A stretch of 64,000 nucleotides of DNA from Macrostomum lignano. Its lineage: Eukaryota. Every line of letters starts with the position of its first letter. Position 1 is the stretch's first letter. Under the pieces are notes generated by a model that saw only the letters and a program-made list of their open reading frames with translations, had not been told where the DNA came from and did not search any database. Positions 23,901-36,005 of this stretch are shown one piece after another. Both the position numbers and the translations under genes were made by a program. The stretch lies in the NCBI GenBank assembly GCA_002269645.1, contig NIVC01003617.1, positions 23,301 to 87,300 of the forward strand, in the 5' to 3' direction.

Positions 23901-26900
23901 CCGCTCTATTGTAACGGACGCTACTGGTGCTACAAGCGTACGCATTTGACAATTAAAGAATACCAACGACAAGACCGGGTACAAGTACTTTCAAAATTAT
24001 GCAGCTGATAACTACCTTAACGATTGTGCTTTTGTGCGCCTCGGAAAACTCTAATTGCGACTAAGAAGCGCTAGCTTTTAAAGCGTCTCAACAACGCGGC
24101 ACTTAAGTATGTACTAACTATAACAAAAAGGACATCCGTGTTAACTTAGATTCTGAGTGTTTTGCCTCAGGAAGCCGATCAAGGCTAAAAAATCAGGCAA
24201 GGATAAAAGCTGCTCTAGCTATAGTTAAAGAGGCTGGTTTGCCCAGCAAAAGCAGTTATTGTTTATGCCAAGAAAAGCGTGGAAAGAACTTTGCATTTGC
24301 CTCTACGTGTGTATGCGGGTACATTGACGGAAAATAGCCAGTAACAACACTGAAAATACGTAACGCTGGGTGTTCTAAATGGATCGATCTGCGATGGCGT
24401 TTCTATACTTTTAATTGTTCGAATGACGCAGTACAGAGAGTCAACAAACAGCACCATATACGAGTGTAGCTTCACTATACCACTTGAATGAATGTATCGA
24501 TCACGATGGTCTCTGCATTACTCTATCAGTCTCTCTTTCATTGCACTCCGCAATTATTTGCGGACTATTGTGATGACTCTCGATCTGGAAGGTGAAATCA
24601 ACGATCAACCAAAATAAGCAAAACTTTATTGGGATGAAAGCCACAAAATATTCGGTATTGCCTGGCGCAAACTGTTAAATCGAAGCTGTTTCAAAGCAGC
24701 TTACGAGCAAGTAGATTCTGTTTGCATTCACCGATTGACACATTTACGAGTATGCCAATTACATTCTCGGAAAAATGTACTTCAAGTCACTGAGTGGGGC
24801 TCATTTTTCACACACCGAATCTATTGTTTTAGAAATTCTCAACATAATTCCAGTCAAATTCCCATTAATCCTCCGGTAGAATCACGCATCGAAGCACTCC
24901 CTAAGGATTGTTTTTTTCCCAATCGGTGCAGCTCATTCCGCAGAGCATCGACAAGCTCCTCCTTTTTAAAGTCAAAGATCCTCCGCTTAAATTTCTCCTT
25001 CATTCTGAAGAATAGAAGGAAACAGAAAAGCGCCAGGTCAAGGGCAGCAGAGCATGGTGACTGTTGAAACGCCTATTTTATTCTTTGACTTTGAGAGCTA
25101 GAGAGCCCATCAGCAGCTCCAGAAACAACTGTGGTAAGCACACCGTACTGTACCATTCAGCCGGCACAGTCGCCACCTGATTGAGCACAACGGGCAAAAG
25201 GAAAGTTTGCCAATGTTTGAAGCATCCTTTGCGAAACTTGATTGAAGCATCCTCGGCATCGCTGACCCATTGACGGCTCTGCTGTTTAGCCTCAGGGTCA
25301 TAGTAGTACCCAAGTTTCGCCACCTGTGGAAATTTAATCCACCAAGTTCGATTGCCCTCCATTGAACTTGGCAAGCATGAACTGGGCGAACTCGAAATTC
25401 ACTCTGCATTTGGCTGATGTAGCACCCAGCTAAGATTTTTGTGTAGGATCTTAATAACTGTTGAGTCCTACACCCCAAAAAGGTGCTATAGTCAAAGAAT
25501 TTCCATACGCTGATCTATGCCCTGTACTTTCCGCACAGCTTTAGCCACTACGGTGCATCATAACGTTAGGACGATTGCGGAGAATTCAACTTGATGGCTT
25601 TGGTTGAAATTTGATCAATGCCACACAATGCGACAAAGACTATCGCACATAATACTAGCATATAATTAAATCTTTAGAAATGCAAGAACTTTATTTGGAT
25701 CGAAAATTTGATTCCATAATTAGTGCCCATAGCCCTGAGGCAGCCATCGTCTTGAAACTGAAGACATGCAACGCTTGAAAGTTCATTTAGATAAAAGTAC
25801 ACCGCACGCATGCAGTGCTGCAGCAGACAGCACCTGAAATCTATCTGCACAGACTTACCATAGGCCTCTTGTTGATTGCTGAATGATTCGAACAGAGTCG
25901 AATTGCCGACGCCACCGACCAGGTCTACTGCACTCGGCGGCTCGCGCTGCGGGCCCTGCAGCTCGGCCTCTTCGGCTTTCCTCTCCTCTCTCGGACTGTC
26001 CGTCAGGCCGCACTCCTCTTCTTCAATAAGCGATTGGCTGGGAAAACAGAATTTTTCCGTCTGATTAGCAGCTATTACTTTTAGGAGATCGAATCTGCTT
26101 TTTGGCGTCGGTAATAATGCCTACTTACTTGAACCGCCCCATCTGTATATTAATTTCTATATACGCTCGCATGGATGGACGGATATTTGAAATAAGTGCA
26201 CGGCCAGCAGTGGGAGACTCAACAGTGGAGTACAAGCTATAGGCTGCAGAAGCAGCAATTAATTCCTCCCTAAAGGCAAAAAATTTGTCTCGCTTAGCTA
26301 ACTCCCCGCCGAAGCCCGCTGGCCGCTGTAATTAAAGAGAAAGGCAAAGCAGGAAAGAAGAGAGCGGGAAAAAGAGAAAGTGAGGACGAGTTACTGAGCC
26401 GCCGAATTTGTCAGCTTTTCTCACTCTCGCAGGTCGGACTCGCGCGAAAGGGAGCAGGATTTAGAAAGGAGAGTGGCAGGTATTTACAAATTACGGGCAC
26501 GCTGGGCTTGGCACCTGGCGCTGGCCTGGCCTAGACAACTCGGCACGCTCGGCAAGATTTATCTCCAGATGAAATTCAACACAAAGCCGACAAAAATAGT
26601 TCGGAAATTGTTTTGGATGTTTTATTTTAGGGATCTTTACAGAAACATATTTACCTGAGGCAAGCCGAGATAAAGTTAGTTGTCGGCCAATCTTCAGCCA
26701 GTGCATCCACGTGGATGTACAACAAGTAACTTACGAGCGTAGAAGCCGCTACACTCGCAATTCGTGCGATTGTCTTTTCGACAACTGTGTTTTGCTTGTT
26801 GCCAGATCTATAGACAGCTGAGATATTGTTAATTTTCTGGTGAACGAAAAAATTTCTGTCCTGTTTAAGCAGCTTCAGCGAAAACTGGCCTTTCAGTTAA

Positions 26901-29900
26901 AAAAATTTCACGACTTGCGAGTGTAGCGAACTCCTACCTCAATGGTTCATGGTATGCCCGCCTGTAGTTCTGCCCAAGTACCCATCTCCCCCAAGTACCC
27001 AGCTGCTCCGATCTGTAAGCAGCAATTGTATCTGCATAGTGTAGGACTGATAACCCCCCCCCCCTCTCCATGAACCTGAATGCGTAGAATCCTATTTTTA
27101 GGGTTTCAAAAGAAAACGCAATGATGCGATTTGACAAGTCTGTCTCGTAGCAAATTGACTGTATTGCAGCAGCAGGTTTGCCAGCTCTTTGCATCCGTCA
27201 TCCTGAGAGCCCCCTGACTGTTCCCATCAACTCGGTTCTGCAAACGTACTCATTTTGACTGTAGTAAAGAATATTCCTCAAGGCACGCAAGTGGGACGTT
27301 TTCATGCCAGGAAAAATTTTGACAGATAGGAGCAGAGACGCGGCAAGTGCGGGGTCGGGGCGGGGCATCAGCTGCTGCAGAAATTCAGGTACAGCGCGAG
27401 GCTCCCCGCGCCTCATTTCCTGATTCATTCGTGTTGAAAAAGCAACCTCAGACCTTTCTCTACTCAGTTCCACCCTTGCGTCTGCCGGCCTTTCCCTCGG
27501 CTGCCATTCTCTTTGTTCTTTTTCTTTATAGACACAAAATCAAGCCAGAGCATCAGTAGCCGCGCTAACAACCTATCCTTTCTTTCTCGGACTGCTAAGA
27601 CTGACCGAACAGCTCAGTCAGACGGAAACATCACATTTTGCATTCATTATACTAGACTGTACAATCTTCAGGTACTCATGTGAAACACCCAGTCGATTCT
27701 TTTTGAGCCTGATGTCTCATCCAATTCATTGATCTAATCTTAATTACAAGCCGTGCATGGCTGCTCCTCTCATGTCAGCAACATCCGTGATCTTCTATCT
27801 TATTATTTTCAGCTAGCAGCAGAGTGGGGGTTGTTTTATTTAAATAAATTTTCAAAAAGCAAGTATTGCGTCGCATCATTTCGAGCGCTACCATCAGTAA
27901 AAGTATCTGAGAACGGACGAACTAACCAGCTGCAGTAGGTATTGGAGAGCTAAAATTCTAACAAGATTACAGTAGACATCAAATTGTCAGTTTTACTGTG
28001 CATATTTTCTGTTCTGTAGCTCGTATTGATTAGCCTTCCAGCCAAAATGCGAAGGCGTTTTACGGCTGGGTAGCAATAAACTAAGGGCTCGGAGCTACGA
28101 AATTCCTTCCTAATGCGTCGTCTTAATTTCTACGGCTGGCTTCTACCCTGATAACTGGCAGGGTTCCTTCAAAGCCAAGGAAAAGGAAGCAACGAGAGAG
28201 AGGAGACGGAAAACTATGGGAAATCTTCCCCTTAACTGGGCTGCGACAGATGGCCGACGTTCTTAGTTAAGCCTCGTCATCCTCGCAGAGTTGAGGCAAC
28301 GGAAGGAACGTAAAAAATCAGCATCTATCTCTCATGCGGCCTGTAAAAGTTAATTAACAACAGGAACCGTGGGACCGATTTTTGCCCAGTTCAAGGAAAC
28401 CTTGCAGGCGGGAGTTTTCTATTTTCAACTTCGAAAACTCCCAGCTAGTAGGTCAGTTGCGTCAGTTCCGCGGCCCCCTGAACGCACTTGCGTGCCCGAA
28501 CTCTAGCCGGTAAACAGTCAATACGAGTTTGGAAAGTTCATCTTACATGGGAAACTCAATTTTCATTGATGCTAACCACATTTAATGCCTCTTAAACTGT
28601 ATTTATAAACTTTGCTACCCTTCAATTCTCTTAGAGTCTTAGAGGTCCCACAGTGTTCCAGCTAGCTGCGAAGGCGTAATCAATACAGCTGTAACATTAA
28701 AAGTTAAAAGTTCATACACTTCCTTGACAGTTTTCATTTCCTTCTCAAAACGTGTCTGCGCACCTTACCTACACTCGTAGCTATCCTAACTGCTTGAACT
28801 TTCGTATTGATCCAGCTACCCCATGACTCTCCTTTTAAGTGTAACTATTGCTCCTTGTTTCACCTTTTCTGTCTTTCTCTCTCTCCAGTTCAATCAATAG
28901 CTAATCTTTTTTTAAAAAACGTGACCAAATATTACAGATCAGGTGCCTTTCTGGCTCGTACACTTGGAAATCATACAGTTCTTTATCAGGTACTCTGATT
29001 GAAGTTGATTTTTGAAACAAAAATTGTTCTTACCCTCTTTGGTAGGGCTCCATGGTTGAGCAGTCCATCCAGCTTGGTGTCTCGGAGCACGAGAAGCTGT
29101 CCAGCTCCTGCGGGATCGCGGCCGAACTGCCGTAGGCGTACGTACCGCTGTGTTTGCGACTGGAATTGTGTTCGGGAGTTCGGAGACCGGTTGTGAGGCT
29201 GCGGTCAAGCTGAGTACCCGGAGCTCTCTAGACTGCTCAGAGCTGACTTCCTGTCCCAGCTGACAGCTCTTCCTGCCTCCGCTCGCAATTGCTCAATTCG
29301 GATGCATACAGGGATCGTGGCACGTGACTCGGGGGGGGGGACTTATGCCCTCAGTTCAGACTGTCACCACTGTCTCTAGCGGCCAGTTAAACCTCAAGCC
29401 AAGCCATTCATTACATTCAATAAATATCCATACACTTGTCTTCCAAGTAAGCTCTCCTGAGAAGTGCACTGCCAACAAGACAAATGAGGGACAGAGTTAA
29501 ACCCTTTATCTCGAGCGCAGGCGCGCGTACAAGAGAAGCGAGCTGAAGGGAAAGTCATTTTGCGCGCGAGAGAAGCAGCCCCCCTACCCGCGGCATATGT
29601 CTGCAAACATGAATACTTCATATTTTCCCCGGAGGCTCAAGCTGCTGATTAAAGAGAGTTTCTACCCAACTGTGCATAATTAATCGCCTATCCATCAATT
29701 ATCAACAGAGCGCGCGCTTACTGAAGGTTATGAATGATCCCGAAATCCCCCAAAATAAAGGGGATAAAAATAAATTTCTAAGAAACAGCATACAATGACG
29801 GCGAAGGCGAGTCGCACTTGCAGTCCCAAACTTAGTGAAGCTGTCAGGCATATCGATAGCAGCTTCCTGCATTTCTGAGCCCAGAGAGACTGGCTTCAGT

Positions 29901-31639
29901 TGGATGAATTGAATTTTCTGATTTTCTCCCAGAAGATTTTCTGCGCAATTTCTGTAGCGTCTGTCTGAGCGGGCTTAAAAGCTCGCTAATCTCTCGAATT
30001 CTTTCGTCTTGGCAGTTGATTTCTTTTGCAAGCACAATGCTCCGGGAAATATTCTGAGCAAATATTTATCGTCTAAAATTAATAAATTCTGTCTTGGCCA
30101 AGCTAAACTGCAAACCTTGGATAACATTACTGAAAAGTGCCGGCAAAGTTAAGCAGCATTGGCCGCGGTTAGCACACAGAGAGGCAGATAAAGCTGAGCC
30201 TCACAGTTTATCTGCTGCGGTAGGGTGGGTTGCAGCTCTGAGCAATGGGTCCTTTACGAGTGAAATTAGATAAGTTACCAAAATCTACTAGCAAAATTTT
30301 AGCATGGATCCTTTTTATTAGATCATAATAAAAAATGAGTGGCAATTAGGATAAAAGAATGAGGGTAGCAATTAGACAAACTTTGATTATAGACGAATCA
30401 AATAATTGATTTGCGGACAAAGTTCTGACTGAGTCCAGCTTATTTAATTTTTCATTTTATTTACCTACTTTTTTACAATTCGTACCTAATACCGGAAACT
30501 GAAGATCGTTAATTTTTATTTCATTTTATGCCTTTTATGCAAAGAAGCCCCCCCCCCCCCAACCGCGGCTGTTCATCACTTCAGAGTGTATATTTTTGGT
30601 GAATTTAGATTGTATCCATATTGAAAGAAAAATCAACTTCAGCTTATGGAGATATTTGAAAGCAGTATGTAGGGATATGGGATCTTGGAATATGGGATAT
30701 GGGATGTTAGGATATGGATATGGGATATGAGATATTGGGATATGGGATATTGGGATATGGATATGGGATGTTAGGATATGGGATATGGGATATGGGATAT
30801 TGGGATAAGGGATATTGGGATATAGGATATTGGGATATTGGGATATGGGATGTTAGAATATTTGATATGGGATATTGGGATATGGGATATGGGATATGGG
30901 ATATGGGATATGGGATATAGGATATTGGGATATGGGATATGAGATATAGGATATGGGATATTAGGATTTGGGATATTGGGGTATGGGATATTGGGATATG
31001 GGATAATGGGATATGGGATATTGGGATATGGGATATTGGGATATAGGATATTGGGATATGGGATATTGGGATATGGGATATGGGATATGGGATATTGGGA
31101 TATGGGATATTCGGATATAGGATATTGGGATATTGGGATATGGGATGTTAGAATATTTGATATGGGATATTGGGATATGGGATATGGGATATGGGATATG
31201 GGATATGGGATATTGGGATATAGGATATTGGGATATGGGATATTGGGATATGGGATATTGGGATATGGGATATTGGGATATGGGATATGGGATATGGGAT
31301 ATAGGATATTGGGATATGGGATATGGGATATTGGGATATGGGATATTGGGATATGGGATATTGGGATATGGGATATGAGATGTTAGGATATGGGATATGG
31401 GATATGGGATATGGGATATGGGATGTGGGATATTGGCTATTTAAACATGGTGGATCTGCAGTGCTGAGGCCTGACGCAGCAGGACTCCCCACTCACCCAT
31501 TCTGGCTGTGGCTTTGGCTGTTAAAGCAGAACTTGCAGACCAGCAGGACGCCCACCACCATGAGGACACCGCCGAGCACGCCGCCAGCTAGGAACAGCAC
31601 CATCAGCCAGGGGGTCACGCTGCCTTCCTGAGTGGCCAT
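20668..31639 (-). CDS. CBARP: CBARP/BARP-like single-pass membrane protein, spliced. Exons: 31639-31497, [unresolved], 26060-25859, 22946-22874, 22765-22247, 20980-20668
   Basis: Exon 1 MATQEGSVTPWLMVLFLAGGVLGGVLMVVGVLLVCKFCF has an N-terminal TM plus CKxC. The last exon carries RLRRDYSIDERSSALFNQFL, resembling the CBARP RRDYSIDEKTDALFHEFL motif (recalled, not searched). The last four exons join through GT-AG introns in compatible phases (1, 2, 2). Confidence 0.7.
22247..22765 (-). CDS. CBARP: Internal exon of the CBARP-like gene (acidic stretch, QRDSGYRS)
   Basis: Acceptor CCCTCCGCAG, donor CAG|GTGCGT. 519 nt, phase 2-2, overlapping ORF 22177-22689. Confidence 0.75.
23698..23890. mobile_element. 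193-bp MITE, PIF/Harbinger-like
   Basis: Perfect 18-bp TIR GGGCCGTATGCAGAAAGC with a 3-bp TAT duplication on both sides (23695-97, 23891-93). Confidence 0.85.
24820..25500 (-). mobile_element. Decayed mariner transposase remnant inside a CBARP-like intron
   Basis: Frameshifted pieces TGGETW / YYYDPEAKQQSRQW, TVPAEWYSTVCLPQLF and FLFFRMKEKFKRR...ELVDAL match the mariner TGDETW-YYDPE-KQQS-QW, TV-AEWY-T-CL and FLF-KMK-L motifs. No TIRs resolved. Confidence 0.7.
25859..26060 (-). CDS. CBARP: Internal exon of the CBARP-like gene
   Basis: CAG acceptor and ATG|GTAAGT donor. Only one frame is open (TEKFCFPSQSLIEEEE...QEAY), and its phase-1 end fits the 73-nt exon 22946-22874. Confidence 0.6.
30672..31435 (+). 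repeat. GGGATAT / GGGATATT (7/8-bp) simple repeat in intron 1 of the CBARP-like gene
   Basis: Direct inspection. The GYGIL/WDMGY ORFs are repeat translations. Confidence 0.97.
31497..31639 (-). CDS. CBARP: First coding exon of the CBARP-like gene (transmembrane helix)
   Basis: ATG at 31639, ~24-residue hydrophobic run, donor GG|GTGAGT. Confidence 0.65.
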
Positions 31640-34600
31640 ATTTGGAGATTGAGAGACAGAAATCGGGAGTCAGGCCTGTCCTGGTAGGCGGCAGCTCAAA
31701 GCTTGGTTAAGAGCTCAGCTTCTCTCTGTGAGCAGCTTTTCTACTCCCAAAAGTGCAGAGAGGCAGAGAGAGAGAGAAGGGAAGCGACTGTCCAGTGGAT
31801 AGCTGCCTAGTGTTCTGCTCGTGGGATCTGGATCCCCATTGGCTGGATTAGGAGCGGAGCGTTTGCAAGCAGATAAAGTGCTCAAGCTCGGTAGCTACGT
31901 GTTTGAAATTTTGCCCATCCGTCAGACACAGAGCGAGAAAAGATCTACTCAGTCTTAATCCGAGTAAGATTTTGCGAAGCTTTGAGTAGCCTCTGAAAGG
32001 ATGGCTGCTTTGAAGATGGGACTTGCACCAGAATCAGATAATAATTATTTACGAATGCTGGGTGCTGAAGATCCCCTGATTGTTTTGTTGAGGTGCTCTC
32101 TTGGGCACTTGGTTTTTTTCAATGGGTCAGCTGACCTCCTTGACCCCTCCTTGATAAAGGGGCAGAGCAGTTCAGCGGTAAACTCGTCCAAATATCCTTC
32201 TAAGATTCCTGACTCGATCCCGTGCTGAGCCACGTCTATTTGGGCTTTTTGGCCTGGGGTTGTCCTGCCATTGTCCATGACGGCCAACCCTGACAATTAC
32301 TCGTAGAAAGTCTGGGCCGTTGTACACCCTGTGTGAGCGTACGTAAGCTCGTACTAGTGGGTGCCTGTGCTCAGGAGTCAACGGAATGGGTACTGAATAT
32401 TTATTTTTTTATTTGACCACCGATTGTGTCGATGGGTCAACTAACCCCATTTTAGCCTAGGCCCTCTTAGCGAAGCCTATTTATTTGAGCTTTGCATTCT
32501 TCTCTTTCATAAAAGCTAAATATTGGCAGTTGGCCAAGTTAGAAGCATAAACAAGTGTGCATCATCCAAGTCGACAGAAACGGTTCAACTTACGCTGCCA
32601 GCGGAGCGGAGAAAAAACGGCCGTGACGAATGCGTCCGAAATCCTGCATGCGGTGCACGGGCCTGAATTTTCGCAGCGCTTCTATACGGCTCGGTTCCGC
32701 GTTGGGGAAGAGAGGCTCGGAAGCGCTGCAAGCTGGGTGAGGGATCCGAAGGCACGTTCTGGCGGACCCATGCAGCCCAGCGGCCCTGGTAGGAGGCCTC
32801 TAAAGCATCCCATCAATGCCTGCGCGCGTCCATGGGAGATTCCCAGAAACCAGTCCGGGCGCTTCCTCGATCCCCCAAATTCACTTCCTGCTTTTTCAGC
32901 CCCCTCTCATCCCCTGAACGCTCCAAAGCTTGCCCGAAATTTTCTTTCCTCATTTTGATACGCGCTCAGGCCGTGCACTATTCCAATGGAGCAGCGGCTG
33001 CAGATGCCTCCGCGTCTTCATGTCCCGCGGCCTTATTTGTGAACCTTTCCTTAGCGAATTCCTCCAACCAGCTGCCTCTCTGCGACGCCCCGCTAAGAGG
33101 GCGTGGGAAAGTCAGGCCTGCCGCTCCTGCGTCATCAAAGCTGGCACCTTTTCTGTTCTTTTTCTGCTAATAATAAAAAAGACAAAATTGATTTTAGCCC
33201 ATATTTTTTCTGTCGGCAAAAGATCAATACAATAATTTCTATAGGGCCTTTTTTAGCAGCTCTTCAATAGACAGCTGAACTGGTAACAAATAGGCCTCTA
33301 GTTCCTATTTTTAGGGGGGGATAGAAAAAGAGTCTGGTTGAGCTCCATCATCAGCTAAGGGAAATAATACAGGAACTGAGCCCCTTTGGCGGCTCCTGCA
33401 AATTGTATTGAAGGTTGCGATTGCCTCTGGATGGGGGCGTTTCACTTCTTGCTCGACGCAAATTTCGTACAAAGGAGTTCCATCTAGATCTTTGATTTCT
33501 TATCGTCAAAAGACTGAATCTTTCACAAACTGATCTATTATGGATTGGATGTGAAACATTGAGTTGGTGAAAGCAGTCATGCCTGCTGATCACTGAGCCC
33601 GCAAACGCTCACACAGGTTGCACAACGGCCCTAACTTCCCCATCGTCAGACATGTACACTTTCTGTGCCTTGGCCGTTGGCCCTCGTGGTCGAAGAATCG
33701 CACAAACCTCGGGCCAATTTTTGTCCACGGGCACCAAAGAAATCGCCGGAGTCGGACGCATTTACCGCTGAGCTCTGCAAGTGAGTTTCTTGTGCTTGTG
33801 CCCGCGATGCTCTTCATCCTTGGAAATAATTGAGAAATTGAAGAATAGACAGTTTTCATTTCCTTCGAATAGAACCGATTGAAATTAAATAACAAGGGTG
33901 AGCGAGTGCGACAGACAGGGAAGTCAGAGAGAGTGACAGCAATTATGAAAATCAAACAGCGGGATGTTTCCCACAGCGAGAAGACAGAAAACCGCTTAGC
34001 AACCGGGAAGGCCGGGAAGGCGGCTTTCCATTGTGCGCAGAGGGGAGAGCTGGCAAGAGTTCCAGCGCGGAGGTGGATAAAAGCGGGGAGGTGGAGAGCA
34101 ATTTGCAGCAGACAGGAGGTAAGAATGCCAGAGACTCAACATGAGGAAGGCGTTTTGCTTCTTCTCAGCTGAAAATTAGTCATGCTGAGAATCTGGGATC
34201 CAAGGGGAATCATTTCCCACCGAGACCTGTTCGCATCGACCTCTTATAATCTTCTTTTTTTCTCATCGTACTCACGAAAACAGGCGCTATCTTCTAATGC
34301 CTTCTCAGAGTGACGACAGCTCGCCCGAGGCCCGCTGACGACATCAATTTTCCACAGCGCAGTGCAAAGCGGCATTTCCCAGTCGCCGAGGAAAAGAGAG
34401 AAGATCTTGCCTCTAATTGCGCTTCTGCTGCTGCTTCTGCGTCGCTGCCTTTTTATTCACCATCAACGCACTGCTCAAATAACAGACTGCCGATAGAGTG
34501 ACTACATCGGATTCTGGCGTCTCCGCATGAATAGCGAAAATACATCTACTGCCGCACTCTTCCACGGATGTAGAATAGTAGAAATCTCAGGCTCACCTAT

Positions 34601-35000
34601 TGTGCCTGGACAATGCCTAACCTGCTCAGCCTTGTCTCGTTCAAACGAAAGACTTTTACAGACAGCATTCAGCTTTGCGGATGCTGGGGCAGATTACTAA
34701 GCAGAGATCTAGACCGAGATTTAAAACTCTTGCAGTGTATGCTCTTCGATTTTACTGCCACTATTAGGCTTGGGGAAAGAAAAAACTTGAATAGTGTAAA
34801 CTTAAATAGTTAGGCAACATTTCAGAGTCAAATTTCTTCATCAGTAGTTAGTGTTTTTTAATACTGTATAATGTCGTGCAGTTCAACAAATCAAATCTGG
34901 CCCTCTTTCTTTTGCCTAGCCAATCAACGAAAACATTTGCGGATGATATTACAGTCAGAATCTTAATCTTCCGGCTATGCATTGATTCTGCCGCTGCCAA

Positions 35001-35882
35001 TGATTGTACATTCTGCTTAAACCCACCCCACTCCCTGATTGTACATTCTGCTTAAACCCATCCCACTCCCTGATTGTACATCCTGCTTAAACCCACCTAA
35101 CTCCCTGATTGTAAATCCTGCTTAAACCCACCTCACTCCCTGATTGTAAATCCTGCTTAGACCCACGTCACTCCCTGATTGTACATTCTGCTTAAAACCA
35201 CCCACTCCCTGATTGTACATCCTGCTTAAACCCACCTCACTCCCTGATTGTAAATCCTGCTTAGACCCACGTCACTCCCTGATTGTACATTCTGCTTAAA
35301 CCCATCCCATTCCCTGATTGTACATCCTGCTTAAACCCACCTCACTCCCTGATTGTAAATCCTGCTTAGACCCACGTCACTCCCTGATTGTACATTCTGC
35401 TTAAACCCACCCCACTCCCTGATTGTACATCCTGCTTAAACCCACCTAACTCCCTGATTGTAAATCCTGCTTAGACCCACGTCACTCCCTGATTGTACAT
35501 TCTGCTTAAAACCACCCACTCCCTGATTGTACATCCTGCTTAAACCCACCTCACTCCCTGATTGTAAATCCTGCTTAGACCCACGTCACTCCCTGATTGT
35601 ACATTCTGCTTAAAACCACCCACTCCCTGATTGTACATCCTGCTTAAACCCACCTCACTCCCTGATTGTAAATCCTGCTTAGACCCACGTCACTCCCTGA
35701 TTGTACATTCTGCTTAAACCCATCCCACTCCCTGATTGTACATTCTGCTTAAACCCATCCCACTCCCTGATTGTACATCCTGCTTAAACCCACGTCACTC
35801 CCTGATTGTAAATCCTGCTTAAAGCCACCTCACTCCCTGATTGTAAATCCTGCTTAAAGCCACCTCACTTCCTAATTGTACT
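35001..35882 (+). repeat. 35-bp tandem repeat (CTCCCTGATTGTACATCCTGCTTAAACCCACCTCA), ~25 copies, with a 3-unit 105-bp higher-order pattern
   Basis: Variant units ending ...AGACCCACGTCA, ...AAAACCACCCA and ...AAACCCACCTCA recur in fixed order. Confidence 0.95.
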
Positions 35883-36005
35883 CTGAACATGGCTGCAATT
35901 TCATTCATACTTAATAATTTATTTCAGAAATTCAACAAAAATTATCACACGAGTCCAACAGCAACCCAGTCATTTTAAAGAAAAATTCCAGATAAGGACC
36001 GGCGG

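Noticed and set aside
26934-27473. Short minus-strand ORFs as possible CBARP exons or TE remnants
   Set aside because: No recognisable motif and no phase-compatible splice pair established.
30714-31631. Gly/Tyr/Trp-rich ORFs resembling structural proteins
   Set aside because: GGGATAT simple repeat inside an intron.
29844-33955. Possible decayed retroelement pieces (29844-30035, 32045-32381, 33590-33955)
   Set aside because: Only vague coiled-coil or Cys-rich character; no diagnostic motif.
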